The translations under genes were made by a program, and so were the position numbers. The notes beneath the pieces are model-generated. The model was not told the DNA's origin. It saw nothing but the letters and a program-made list of their open reading frames with translations, and ran no database searches. Positions 26,094 to 40,009 of a stretch of 64,000 nt of DNA are shown here, piece by piece (the stretch's first letter is position 1; the number at the start of each line of letters is the position of its first letter). The stretch covers positions 27,032,001 through 27,096,000 of the forward strand of contig JBITNC010000001.1 in assembly GCA_050084985.1 (NCBI GenBank), given 5' to 3'. The DNA is from Nageia nagi. Lineage: Eukaryota > Plantae > Pinophyta.

Positions 26094-29000
26094 CATATAA
26101 AGGCACATGGGTTAGAAAACCCACTTAGGTTCACCTTATTATTTGTTAAGCCTTTTCTATTTTAGTTTCCTTATTTATATATTTCTTTTGTTTTCAATTT
26201 CTTTTTCATTTTTTCTACTACATATTTTTCCTATCCGAAGATAATTCTTCTCTTATGGATGCTTGCTTGATGTTTTACTCATATATTTTTATTCAAATTT
26301 ATTTATGTAATGACACCAATGACATGCTTCCTACAGGTACAATGTGCACATCATTGTTTTACCTGAATTCAAATAAAATAAAAATAGGGCTTGTTTATGT
26401 TCTAAATAATAAATCAAATGCATTATATACTATACAAATTCTTTTGCATTTTTAACTCTTTATCTAACATGAAATGTTAGAAATCATAATTTCGTAAATT
26501 TTTTATTTATATTTATGATTACATTGCATTATTTTTTGTATCTTTGTACTCCATCTTGATTACATCCATTACATTGCATTCATTAACAAATATAATGAAT
26601 AGTAAATTAAACCTACTCATCTAATTCCTTCAAGTCATGATCATTTGTGTGCATTCTTTCCACAATAACCTCCCTCATTATAACTTATTGTTGATCTACC
26701 TCTCAGTCACATCAACCATCCTAGATATATTTTAATACTTATCTTCTCTCTTAAGGAGCCACTTCTACCTTTTTTTCCTTCTGACATCTCTCAATATACC
26801 AAATCTAACCAACCTTTTTATCCTCTCCATATTGATAATCTTCTTGTGTCAACTTCATCCTTACTCACCTCTAATAGAGGAGTTATTTCATCTACTCTTC
26901 CCTCATCCATATCTGATAAGAGAAATTCTTCTTCATCAACACATCAATATTCTCTACCATCCCTTTCTTTATCCCCCTCCATCATTCAATATCAATATTT
27001 ATCATTTATTTCACATTATCTCATGTTCCAATGTCCATCCTTCTACATTAGACTTGTACATGACAAATACAAATATCCAATTTGGCACAATAATATCCCA
27101 ATCATTTTGGCATCAATGATCATTAGCCCTTCCTTATTTAGGTAAAAATAATAAATATATATCACTTTAGGGGTACAATAACTCACTCGTTCACATCCTC
27201 ATTGCAACACTAAGCCCACATGTCTAGTGGATTATCGCGATAACTTTCATCCCAAAATCTATGGCTTTTCACCCATATCGCAGGCTCTTGTGAAGGAATT
27301 TTACTTATCTCTTACCAGTTCATCTTACACTATCAATTATACAATCTATCAATTCCCCTCTTTTTCTATCCATTATCTTTTCATCCTCATCTTATGTCAT
27401 CTCTTATCATGTCCTCATTCATTTGATCCTCTTAAGATTGGGGAACATCTTCCCTCATTTCCTTTAAGTGCATCTTCCTTTGATCCTCTTTGGATGAGGG
27501 GACTTATTTACATTCTTGCTTCACATCCCTCACCTATCCCCTCTCCTCTAGAGGATCCCTATCAAAATCAACCCTTACCCACTAACCTACTATATCATAA
27601 TGAGAGAGTTTTATCTTTGTCATTTTGTCCCTCACCTCATCTTTCTTATTCTCCAACTGGGACATTTTCACCTTGGCCACCACCCATCTTATTCTACATT
27701 TTTATTTTCTTCTATAAGAAGGCTAATCCCCACCAAGATCAAGGTTGTTAACATAACCCCTTTTCCCTTTTGTATATACTCAAAATAGTAAAAACAATAA
27801 AAATAACATCAAAAATAATAAAAAATAATAATAATAATAACAAAAATAGAAAAATAACAAAAACAATATAAAAAATAATAAAAACAAAGAAAACAATAAA
27901 AAAAATAGTAAAACAACAACAAAAAATGATCAAAAATAATAAAATAATTTCAATGTACAAAATAACCAAAAACAACATCAAAATGAATAAAAATAGCAAG
28001 AAGATCAAATTATGTACATATCATATATCTATTTTCTATGTCAATTAATTTATCGCTTGTATTTCCTCATCCATTTAATCATACATGTCCCAAAATCATA
28101 TTAGGGACTGCACCACACAATCATAAAAAATCATAAAATCTAACAAAATCAAAAACCTAAAAATAATAAAAATAACAAAATAATCAACAAATCAATCATC
28201 AATCCTTTTATTTATTAAAAAATATTCGCACATTCTTATTATTTGTTTAAATATTATTTTCATTTACTTTTTATGTATTCCTTTCATTTATTTTGTGTGT
28301 TCTTTGTTTTCCGCCTAGTATTATCCACCATGTTGTGTCTCTTTAGTCTTTGTTACATGTTTTCTTTCTCCTCATTTTTTTCTTTCCTCTTTCACTTCTT
28401 GTTTTGTTGTATCTTGTGTCTTTAGTCTTTAAGTTCCATTTTCAAACATGCATCATATCGTCAATCCTCAAACACACCATTTATTTAAGTCAAATAATAG
28501 AAGATCATTTAGAGCTAGAGTGCTTCAACCCTACTATGTTGAAACTTGTCATAATCTATAAATCACTTTCAACATTATCTAATGTAACTTACATTTATCT
28601 TTGAGTTAATCATAAATCCCACCATGAGTTCAATATAGCAAGCATAGACATAACCATGAGTCTTCTAGTTTTGAGGTGATTAATGTTACTTATCCCAAAT
28701 GTTCACCTAACCCAAAGCCTAAGGATCAATAGATGTTATTATTCACATCAAAATAAATATTGTAAAAAGAAAAGAAAAAAAAAAGTAAAAAATAAAAATA
28801 AAATCAAAGCAAAAATAATACCATTAAAATAATTAAAAAATAAGAAGAAACGAAATCAAACGTGTTTTCTCTATCCAATAAGTTGACCTTAAAAAAAAGG
28901 AAAAAATGGATAATCGAAGAGGGAAGAAAAAAACTCAAGGCCTAAATATAGAATAATTACTACGCTGGGGATTTTTCTAAATGTTGCTTATGATCCTTGG

Positions 29001-31400
29001 CTAATGTGATTACAAGGCTACCTTACTCAAACCAAGGTAGTGTGTCTTTACGAACTTTGGTGAGGATAAGTTTGTTTCACAACTTAGGTTAAGTGGTTAA
29101 TCCTTCCTTGCTTTGGATACGCAACAAAAATATATTATGCACACACTCAACTCAAAAATAAACTAACATTATTTCAAGTAGGTCTAGATTTTTTTGAAAG
29201 AACATGATAACCTTTAAACATATTTAATTGAATCCCTTTACTTTGATACTTTTCTCTAGTTTTCCCATTCATTGTGCATATCATCATGGTTTCTATATCC
29301 ATGAGTTTTTCAATCGTCATCTTGTCAATACATATCCCATACTGCTTGTTTATTCTTTAACCTATTGTTTATCTTTGTTCATATTATGTTTTATTATTTT
29401 TTTTATTTGCTTCCTTATTACCATTTTTTGTTGTTTGTTTTAAATTTATTCCCATTAGTTTCTTATTTGACATTCTTTATTCTTTGATTCATTTAGTACA
29501 TAAAAACATAAACTCACATTTATCCATGTATATATCATAATCTGTTGCTATATCAAAGATCTCTCACTTATGCATCCTTCATAAATGAAAAAGCCAAAGA
29601 AAAATAAAAATAAATAGAAACACAAAAGCACATAGAAGAAACAAAAACAAAACCAAATACAAATACAAACTAACATAATAATACAAAAATAATCATTTTC
29701 ACCAAATCATGTCTAGTGGCATACTTTATGCCCACAATGGAATAAAGTCTTTATTTTGTTATCTCCTTTGGCTTCTTTTTCCAAATCATCCATATCTGTT
29801 GTTGGTATCTACTCATTTGTATCTCCTTTTTTCCTATGATTATCTTCTTGTGATCTTATAAACTATCATCATTGTCTCCATATCTTTTTATTTTAAGCCA
29901 CTTGTCAATTATCTCATTGTCCTCATCCATCTCTCTTCCTTAGTCATTTCGACATTTGATGAAGTACACCTTAACATCTTATCATGTTTTACATCATAAT
30001 TAATGCATCATCCTCATTTTGAACGAACATTACTTATCAATGATCCTTATATAAGATTTACATAACCTTACTATACTAAAGCAAAAGTAGATACTTTCTT
30101 CTTTGTTCGCATCCATTCTCCCTATTCTATTTTGCATGTGTGTCATGAACTATAATAGCTTTCCATGGTTATATGGTTACAATTAATGTGAAATCCTTGG
30201 ATGCTCTACATTGACATGGCTAAATACCTATGGTTAGTTGGTTCAGATACATAGCTTTCTTCTTTTATTTTTCTTTTGTCTTCTTTTCCTTTTTTGTTTC
30301 ATTCAAATTTTTTTATAAATCATCTACAATCATTTTTATGTGACTCCTTAAAGTTTGTATCATCGAGGTAGCAATGTGCCTATAGCATCAAACTCTATCA
30401 GAACGAGGGGATATTACATGGTAAATTACCTTCCCTTCATATTTATCTATTTTACACTTTTTACATAAATGGCTTACAATCCTTTCTTTGTAACTACTTG
30501 ACACTCGCATCATCGAGGTGGCAACGCACCCACGTATCAAACTTGACTAGAGCAAAAAGAACTTGTGCATTTATAATTGAAGTTGTTTATCCATAATTAT
30601 TGCTACTTTGGGCTTCAACGCCTAAAATCAAATGCAAGAATCAAAGACTAGTTTTGTTCTAATGAATGGGGCATCCTACATTGACCATGATCACAAATAG
30701 CTTTCATGCTTTATTCCTTTCTTGCAAATGTTAAAGTAATCCATCTTTAATCAACCATCATTCATTTGTCTTCATCATCAATATCATTTCAGGTATTTTT
30801 GCACCACAATGTGTCTTCACACATCATAGTACAAAGAAAGCAAAATGTAGACAAATTTAAAACTACATATTTTCCCTTAATTATAATTAATTAAGTGTTA
30901 ATCCTAATTAATACCCTTATTATTATTTTTAATCAATTAACACATTAATTAACAAAAATAATTATTAATAAATATTACAAACCAAGTAACTATGATGAAA
31001 TCAGTCATAAAGCCTAAAATCATTAAAAAAAAAGTTAAAAAAAGAGCATATTAACATTGTATGATAGAGAATGCACATGCAACATCACATAAAACAAAAA
31101 GCCACTTGAACCTAGTTAAAGTTAGGACACTAACTCAACCCTAGGAGTAAAGTCAAAACGAATCTTGATTAAATCGTAATTAAGTTAAATCATTAAACTA
31201 ATCAAAACATCATTAAAAACATGTGGAGGAAAATGCTTAAACTAAAAGTAACTTACTAAAATAAATGAGGATAATGTCTCTTCTCTCCCCCTTTAGATAT
31301 TTTGTGGTGAGTCACCAATCCAAACATGGTAAAAGAACCCTAATCTTCTAAATGACCTAAAAATTACTTTGAAAATCAACAAAGCAACAAAAGATACTTA
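26094..31400 (+). mobile_element. Non-coding remnant of an Ogre/Tat-like LTR element (3' UTR, PPT, start of LTR)
   Basis: Purine tract AAAGAAAGCAAAA followed by TGTAGACA at 30846, the same terminus type as the large Gypsy. Dispersed repeat CATCGAGGT(A/G)GCAA... at ~30361 and ~30511. Alternating A-rich and T-rich blocks. No recognisable pol domain. Boundaries are approximate. Confidence 0.45.
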
Positions 31401-32714
31401 TCATCCTAATAATGTGAGAACATTTGTTGGACAACTTGCGGTAATATGATATGCAAATCTTTACATCTCTATTGTAAGTGTTTTAAGGTTTTATCATAAA
31501 CTAACATCATATGTTCTAGTGTCTTATTTTTTGTGTTTTTTTTTTTATGTTTGTACAGATATCACATCTTGGTGGAAAGCTCTTTACACCATCACACCAT
31601 CACAGTTTGTAGGAAAGCTCTCCACATTTAGTGGCAACCTAATAAACCCACACATTTCTCAAGTATTCATAGAAATCATTGTACACCATTATACGTATTA
31701 TTGAAAAACCCTCCGTCAATATATTGTGATTGTATATGACACGTATTAACTGTTTTAATGGTAATTTTTATGTGTTACAATAATACCCAAAGGTTAAACT
31801 CAATGATTTCCATCCATGAATTTTTTATTTTGTATTCACTTTTCACATCAATTTGAAACAATCAAACATTATATGCAATTATTATGAACAAAAAATTGTA
31901 ATCACAAGGAAGAGAAAAAAGCACCATGGGCACAAAATATCTTAGCATTGCTATAGATAATGACTTGCCATGATCCCAGATATGAAGTTAGTCTTGCGCA
32001 TCCTGAATGCCCAAACGTTGTTTGTCAAATTAAATTAAACTCTCTACAACATGCTTGGTTCTATGATTTTACAATTTTAAGTAACAGACGTCAAATGGTA
32101 GTTGGATTAAGATGACCAATGGTCACTTATCCAACTAACAAGCTTACCAAACATTCCTATTATTAGTATAGGATCCTTGTCTGATTAGTTTTTACTTCAT
32201 AACTTTACAGTTTTGTTATCATCTTGCCTACTGTTCATAATACAAAATATCATCAGACTATGATTCCACCATGTATTGAAGTTTAAATCCAAACACTTAA
32301 AAGAGAGATTAGTTGATCCTTGTCTGTCAATACAATTATCCATGCTTCACAAATACTTCAATAATTCTTATTTGGATATCATAATCGTAAGATGAGCATG
32401 TGCCTGCAACATGCTTTAGTCCAATGGAAAGTAAAATTTTCTATATATAAAAACAAAAAAAGTACATGAACAAATACAAAGCCATTCTTAAGAATTAGAC
32501 CTGATCTAAGGTAAGCCCAACAAATTCCAGAAAGGAATATTATTACAGACCAGTATGTCTACCATGAAATATAAAATACACCACCTATATACTTGTACAA
32601 ACTGTGGTCATGGACTTCAATCAACAAGTAATGCTAAACGATTGCAACATAATACACTGCATGCTCAAACTTATGTAAAGAAAGATATTCACATAAATCA
32701 GATTAAAATAATTG

Positions 32715-34414
32715 TTAGGTGCTAAAGCAGGCAAAGAATTTCTTGGGCACAACGCCTGACGCACGGTGTTTGGCAGCCCTCTCCTCTGCCTTCAGAACTT
32801 CCTCTCCACGCTTAACCTCTGCCAAAGCCTTCTTTTCTTCTGCTGCCTTGTGGATAGTGGCGATTTCATTTTTCATTTTCTCAACATAAGCTGCCTTCTT
32901 CTTCTCTAATGCCTCCTGCAGACATGACAGCTCAGATACAAGTTCAAACCTCAGGTAGATTGATAGGGTGTTTCACTAACCAAAACCTCAGACAGGAAGT
33001 TTCGTTTAGTATCAGTACTTGCACAATCATGAGCAAAAAATGAAGAAGACTTGCTTCAGACAATGAAGGGCCAAAAGATTGGAAAAAGTGACTAGGATTA
33101 CAATTTGTCCCCTTTAACAAATTTCCATTGATGAAGCTATCCGCAAACTTTATAATGATTGATCCAGAAGAGTTTAAAGGATTTATTCAACAGTTCAACA
33201 ATAGGATATATTCAACAGTTACCCAGATAGACACTGCCATTAGTCATGCCACTATAAACTTATATAAATTTAATTCTGGTACGGAAGAAAAGATTTTACC
33301 TCTGCTTTTCTCAACTTAGTTTCACTTTTAGACTTCTTTGTTGCTTCCCATGCAACTATGTTTGCCACTTTCTTGTGGTACCTAAACCACCAAACTCACA
33401 ATTGAAGAGCACTGTAAGCAGGAATTGTGCAATTGGCCTAATTCTCTTGCATACATTGGAAACAAACTAAAACAATAGGTTGTAATGTCTTTCTATGAGA
33501 CACTCCAGTCAGGGTTATCCCTGCAGGGGACTACATGGACCCTTATTTATGAAACAACTTACTTGTTCTCAGCTTTTGCTTTTTCATTTTCTTCCCATGC
33601 TTTGACCAGAGCTGTTCTCTTCTCTTCATGCAACCTTGCTAATTCAGTATCTAAAGATACAAAACAAAAACAAAAAAAGAAATTTCAGTATATTCAACAT
33701 TTGTGCATTACAGTTTACTGAAAATTCTACGCCAACAGCTTTCACATAGACTATATTCATTTTGCTTAAAAAAGCACAGAAAAAGCAACAATGAAAGATG
33801 TTTCATTGAGCCTTTCAAAAAAAGTTCCAAAGCTATAGCGCAATACACACCCCTGTCCATAGAGTTGTGTTTCTCAGGGACAGACTCGGCTATTGCTTCC
33901 TTCTTCTCTGCTGCCAAAAAAGCACTTAATTGTCAGTAAGAGAGAGATATCTTTTAACCCTTCAGCTTGCATTGGATAGAGCATTCACTTTCATAAACCC
34001 TCAAAAAACTTTACACTATTCAAACGTCAGTAACAGGCGCTTAGCACCTGCAGAATTTCACAAGATATTCCTTACGAAAAGAAACAGAGACCATGAACGA
34101 CATGAATTATTTAGAAAGCTCAACTAACAAGAATTTTCTTAGAAAATACACAGCTTAAGGTATCTATAGCTAGATAGAAATAATTATAATATTGTCATTG
34201 ACCCTTATTTGTTATAGTCATGTAACCTAGGGAAGAAAAGCATATGGACCAATTTCTTACCTTCAACAACCACCAAAGCCTTTGAGTCATCATTTTTGGC
34301 TTGAGTCTCTGGAGCAGGCACTTGGGGAGGTGCTGATGCAGCTGTCTCCTCTGGTACATCCTTGCTGACAACAGGCTCTGTTGTGAGCCCTGATGCAACC
34401 TGCTCTTCACCCAT
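32715..34414 (-). CDS. Remorin, group 1 type (Pro-containing N-terminal region + Remorin_C coiled coil), 194 aa, 5 coding exons
   Basis: Exons 34414-34261, 33910-33851, 33650-33563, 33381-33300 and 32915-32715. All introns are GT-AG with consistent phases; 585 nt ending TAA. Protein: MGEEQ...DDSKALVVVE..SMDRDTELARL..VKAWEENEKAKAENKYHKKVANIVAWE..LEKKKAAYVEKMKNEIATIHKAAEEKKA..KRGEEVLKAEERAAKHRASGVVPKKFFACFST. These are classic remorin motifs. Confidence 0.96.
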
Positions 34415-34429
34415 CACTAACCTTCTTCC

Positions 34430-35900
34430 TTAGGATGATTTGTGAATTGTTCTATATGAGATCATGGAACAAGAAAACGTCTGTTAAGCCTTTTGCCAAA
34501 ACAAAGTCTAAACTGTGAACAGAATAGTGAGAAGATAAAGCTGTATGAATGTGTGGAGGTGCTGGAAATTGGTGTGCTTGATTGGCAAATACTCGCTTTA
34601 TTACAAACTTGGAGAAACATGGTCAGATTGGTTAAAGACTTGAAGTCCAAAAAGGTACAAATTTGAACTAAAATATATTAATTCCCTTGTTCTCACAAGG
34701 TGTCACAAGGTCGTTTGATGAACCTCTGAAAGAGGTCTCATATACCTCTCATAAGCAACAATTACCAGACTGTGATCTTGACTTATACCTTTTACATGCT
34801 TAGTGGATTAGAGGGCTGCCAATTAAAATTTTGATCTTGTACTTTTATGCTGAGGAGGCTTGCTGTTCAAATGCTAACTCACACTTATTAGGATGCAGTA
34901 GTTCAAAACATAGCTGCAGAGGAGTTCTATAGCAACAAATAGCGAAACAGAGCAACTTTCCACAAGAGGCCAGATAATCAGATGGCACAAAGATTGCACC
35001 AAATTCTTGGAGTCACTGCACCTCTAAGAGCCATAAAAACTCAATATTATCACTTCTGCATAGCCATCAAGAGGTTACCGTGCTGGCTATTGGCGTCTCT
35101 GGTATTGTGTGTGTAAACTGTGTGTCGATTGCTGTGGATAAATTCCTAGAGTGTATGAATTGAATCTTGTCCTATCTCATATGATCAACCACCTAGCACA
35201 GTATGATCTAGATTTACTTGTACAGAGGGTCTCAAAAGTCATAGGAAATTATCTGAACCTAAGAACCTATGTTCCTAACACTAAGTAGAACTTATCTCAA
35301 CAGAACAATCTTGAAGCTATGCTCCAGGCTACAATCAGGATTCGTCTTAACAAGACAAATAAATCTATATGCTCCCAATAACAAGTAGGATTCAGTTCAA
35401 CCCCAAGGCTATGCTTCTCATATCAATTAGAAGCATTATAACACAAAAATTTGTGCTCCTAACAACAATTAGGATTCATCTTAATACAACAGAAAGTGGA
35501 CATCACCTCCAGTTACTTCCAAAGTGTATGCCAATTACCGTCAACTCTGATCAAGTACTAAGCTCCAACAAAAATCCCTCAAGATTTAAGACAATTGACA
35601 CAAATGAGTGCGCACCCAACATATCCAGAATCTAATTTTAGCACTACTGATCTGAAAAACCAAAAAGATCCCTTCGGATACAACAGAATTCACGCAAATG
35701 GGTATATGCCTAACCAACCCAAAACACACTTCTGACAAATACTGACCTGAAAAGAGAGAATTCAACCGGATAGCACTTGGGTGCTCTGAAATTCCTGATT
35801 TTGTAAGGAATATGGAATCCTTGCACTAACTTCTCTGTACTTCTTGTTGTATATGATTGGATCTATTCCTGTCCAGTGATAATGAAGTTATTGGAGCTAA
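34430..35900 (-). other. Putative 5' UTR exon and ~1.3-kb leader intron of the remorin gene
   Basis: Minus-strand TTTTCAG|GTCAGT donor at 35746, followed by T/G-rich intron-like sequence. Several candidate AG acceptors lie just upstream of the ATG. The TSS is not determined. Confidence 0.45.
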
Positions 35901-36490
35901 GATTAGGTTATGGAGCTAAGATTCCGTTATCAAGATCAAAATATAACAAGGCTTAGTTGTAATGCTTTTTTCTTTAATGCATTGCTACATTCAATGTGGT
36001 ATTGAACTGCATTATCTATTATGTGGCAGTTGTTCGCTGACAAAGAATGTTCTGCTACGACAGTCTGTCTGACCCTCTTCTCTTAAAGGGAGTGTATCTT
36101 GTTGGCATTGCCAGCATGACAAGGAATCTCTAACCTACTATGGAGATGGGCCTTCTTGCTTCTCGAGAAGCCCGATTCAAAAGACAGCAACAGATAATCC
36201 TGGGCCATGAAATCCGCAAGTAAATCTTATAAATTACTAGCTAGGAAAGAATTCATCTAGAAAAGAAATCCATGGTGAATGGTAAGAGTACCCACGTTGA
36301 TATGTCATGAAACCCACTTGAAGACATAGGAATAGATAATCCTTGGCCATGATCTTCTACTATGGTAAATACTGAACTCCCATCGATTTCTTTATAAATG
36401 TTAGATTACCTATTCGTCTACAGAAACCGAATTGAAAAAGGCACTAGCTTTATCCTAGTCCGTCATATCCAACGCTAAACATAGTAAACA

Positions 36491-36551
36491 AATCTAGTTG
36501 GAGAGGACTTTGTCTATGTTTAGACAATCTAGTTGGAGAGGACTTTGTCTA
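36491..36551. repeat. Exact 26-bp direct repeat (period 35)
   Basis: AATCTAGTTGGAGAGGACTTTGTCTA at 36491-36516 and 36526-36551. Confidence 0.9.
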
Positions 36552-37119
36552 CAATCAAGTTTAAGGCAAATTTGATTCTGGTTTAAGAGTTAAAATAAAG
36601 ATTATTATGTTGAATAACATAAATTCAATTTTAATATATTTAAACTTTTTTTAGTAAAAGGATTGATTAAGTTCTATAATAAATTAAGTAAACTTTAATC
36701 ACTCAATTTGAAGTAAATAGTTACTAAGATAGACTTATATCAACAATTCTTACCTCTACACACAATTGCAACTTTGCTTCCACAAATTTTCCTATAATCT
36801 CCTTGTGTTCTTCTTCACTCTCCCTAGCTCTCTCCCACTTATTTTGGCTCTCCTACGCCCTGCATACTTGCCTGCTCCCCTTTGCTCACCTCCTTGCTTC
36901 CTTTGCGACTCTTCTTCATGTTCACTTTCCTTTCCTTTTCACTCTTTCTCCATGCTCTTTATGTTCTTCACTCTATTATGACTCTCTAAGGTACCATGGG
37001 CACTCTCAATTTGGAGCAGGCTTTGGCCAACTAGTCAAGCCTCTTCAACTTTGAGCACTCTAAAGTAGTGATTGATGTTTTGCTCGATCCAAAAATAGAC
37101 TTCGAAAGTGGTGCAATTT

Positions 37120-37400
37120 TACTCACAATCCTAGAAAACGTGATTCAAACTAAGGAAGAAGTTTATAAAGGATTCCTTTTTGGGAAATTCATGAGTACAA
37201 GACCTAATTTAGCCCTAATTTGAACATGGACAAGCTAGAAATGGAATATTAGAGGACATATTGAGATAAAACTCCTCCCCAAAGACTTCCTTCTCTTCAA
37301 ATTCAAATATGAATTCGACATGGAAAAAGTTCTTCATCATGGACCTTATGAGCATCTTATTCCAAAATGCACCATATGGAAGATAGTCAGACATGTAAGT
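37120..37400 (+). pseudogene. L1-clade LINE ORF1 remnant (DUF4283-type)
   Basis: One frame reads FLFGKFMSTRPNLALI*TWTS*KWNIRGHIEIKLLPKDFLLFKFKYEFDMEKVLHHGPY. It then jumps to HLIPKC, a zinc-knuckle tail, implying an internal deletion. Confidence 0.75.
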
Positions 37401-38358
37401 CATAACTACATGGATAAGCCAAAGGAACAACATGGGGAAAATGCAAGAAGGAACAACCAACCACAACAAAGATACCAACTAATTAATATGTCAAAAAATC
37501 CCTCAAAGAGATAAGGGAAAATTAATACTTTTGTAGCACTCAAAATCCATTTGACTCACTATCAAATTCAGACCATGAAGAGGCTTCCAACCCAAAATCG
37601 AAGAACAAAGGAAATCATTCGCAAAACAATTCCAACATAACCAAATAAGTTATAGTGAACTACACATTGCCTACACTATCTTCAATCCCTGCACCACCCT
37701 CAACACCTACAACCACCCTTACTCTTAAACACACACCTACTCCTTTAGCCCTCCACTCACCACCCCCAACAAAGAATATAATCCATAGTAGTAATGAAGT
37801 TATCCTTATTCTAACAAATTCAAACAAGCAACTTAAGCTAATCAAAACCACTAGAAGCACTCGAAAGACAAAAGATATTGAGAAGAACCATATTGGTAGG
37901 CCCTTAGAAGGTGAAATAAGGCATCATGAAACATCAAAATTAATTATTGATGGGATTCAAACAATCCTAGATAAGGAAGGGGGATTGCTCACCACACGAT
38001 CCTACATGTTTGATAGTCATAACAAAGGATCCACCTTCCTCTAAAAAAGGTGACCATTAAGATTTCCTCAATATGCATTAGAACCTATGTAAATGCAAAG
38101 GACACCTCCAATATAACTAATATATCCATCCAACCAATTGAATTAATACATATGCATTATATCACATGGAACCCTATGCAATGCATACATGACCAACTCA
38201 GAAACATAATTAACTCATGCGAAACGAAGTATCACCACCTCAAAATGAGAAGAATGGTTAACTTCAAAGCTATCATTAAAGATATATGGAGAGTTTCCCA
38301 ATGCACTCACCATCTCCTTGACTTGAAGCTTTGAAAAATAACTCTACAATACCAAAAT

Positions 38359-39507
38359 ATGGAGCCTCATACTTTGGACAAATATTCAAATGATGAAGAA
38401 GTTTGGAAGTTTCTAAAGAAGGGAGGAATGAAAAATTTCATGGAGAGGTGCATAAGAGTGCTCCCAATGGCCATTAAGTTATCTTAAAGGTTTGGAAAGA
38501 AGGCCAGGTGCAAGTGTGGAAGATTAAATTCAAAAATTCTACGAAGGCAATTGCATAAGTGATGGGTCTCAATACATTGGACAAATAGCATATGAAGCAA
38601 AATAAGTTAAAAAATGAGGATATCAAGGTTTTCAAAGGCAAGAAGGATGATGATTATGTCCCTTTTTATAATGGATAGAAAATGGATTCACTCTCATATC
38701 ATTGAAAATAAATTACAAATATCATTATGCAATATATCACTATGGAAGATAGGTATTCCACTGTCTATGGTTATCACTTCATCATGATGAAATATTTTCG
38801 AAGAAGTAAGCCATACATTTTCCCTACTTTTTGTTTAATTCAATTGAAAGCTTAATTACACTGGTCTAGTTTGGAAAAGAGATGGCTCCCATGCACCAAG
38901 GCCTTCTCACTCTCCTCTATAGGTATGCAATTGGTTCCATTCCTGCCACAAATCCCTCCCCTACATAGTCCAATGAACCCTCACCTCATAAATCCATATA
39001 TTTTAGCTCGAAGAAAGGAAGGCTAAATGAAAGGAAAGCAACAAAACCACTATGGAGGAAAATACTGCAATCCTAAAAAAAAACTATCTTGAAGCACTAC
39101 TCTAGATGCAATAAGAGGCAGAAAAAATCTCACTCAAGCACATCCACTAATCCTCCCCATCCTCCTTCAATCTCTCTTCATCCTCTCATTAATTAGACTC
39201 CTTTACCCTCACCCTTCCACTCTCCCATCCACTCAACCCTTGCTCCTTTCTTCTATCCCCTCTCTACCACCCTCCCCCCTCCTCCTTGATGTCGCCTCTT
39301 CGACCCTCCTCACCCCAACAAATAAATTCCCCCTCAATTAGCCCTTCATACGCTCTCCAAGATGCTCCACCACTAAGCTCTAAGACCAAATCCAAAAGTC
39401 AAAGCGAGGAAACGTCAAAGCTCAACTTCAATAAGAAGAAAAGCAAAAGCAAGGAATTAAAGGATGAAGTAGTGAACGATAAAGAGAAAGATATGATATT
39501 AAGCTAA
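38359..39507 (+). pseudogene. Degenerate TE-associated accessory ORF downstream of LINE ORF1
   Basis: MEPHTLDKYSNDEEVWKFLKKGGMKNFMER..WKEGQV..IA*VMGL..IMQYITMEDRYSTVYGYHFIMMKYFR..HQGLLTLLY, followed by a Pro/Ser/Lys-rich tail. Not endonuclease or RT. Confidence 0.55.
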
Positions 39508-39937
39508 TCACTATATGACCACCTGACAACAAGCTACAAGGTCAATCATGCAACAAAATGATCTTATCCAGAAATACTTAGTTCTTTTATGAGGTTTACT
39601 ATATTTTATTCTATGTGTTTCTTAGATACATCATTGAGATTACACGGATAAATCCATAAATTTTATAAATAAATATTACTTTATTTTATTTTTGAAAAAC
39701 AATCAATTAATTTATTAAATATATTTTTATATAAAGTTTAAACTAAAAATTATATAATATAAGATGACATAATTTTTAACATTTTGAGCATCATGAAAAC
39801 CTCAATTCCAATACAAATTGAAAGACCATCTTCTTTTATCATTCACACCCTCACATGCAAGCATTTTTAGCCACATAGTAAAATTACCATGAGATCAAGA
39901 AGTACTTCAATGAGGCACATTCTTAGCTCATTAGCTC

Positions 39938-40009
39938 ATGAGTTGGACATTTGGATTAGGCAAGCAAATATGAGTTGGTCATAGATTAGGCAAGCGAATA
40001 TGAGTTGGA
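39938..40009. repeat. ~30-bp tandem repeat, ~2.3 copies
   Basis: ATGAGTTGG...GATTAGGCAAGC(A/G)AAT units. Confidence 0.8.

Noticed and set aside
27748-28008. Highly hydrophobic 86-aa ORF resembling a membrane protein
   Set aside because: Translation artefact of a low-complexity A-rich tract (T-rich on the minus strand).
33128-34410. Several short ORFs overlapping the remorin locus
   Set aside because: They are antisense, alternative-frame or intron read-through frames of the remorin exons.
36491-40009. Short direct repeats as a CRISPR-like array
   Set aside because: Only 2-3 copies, no unique spacers of constant length, no cas genes, and a eukaryotic context.
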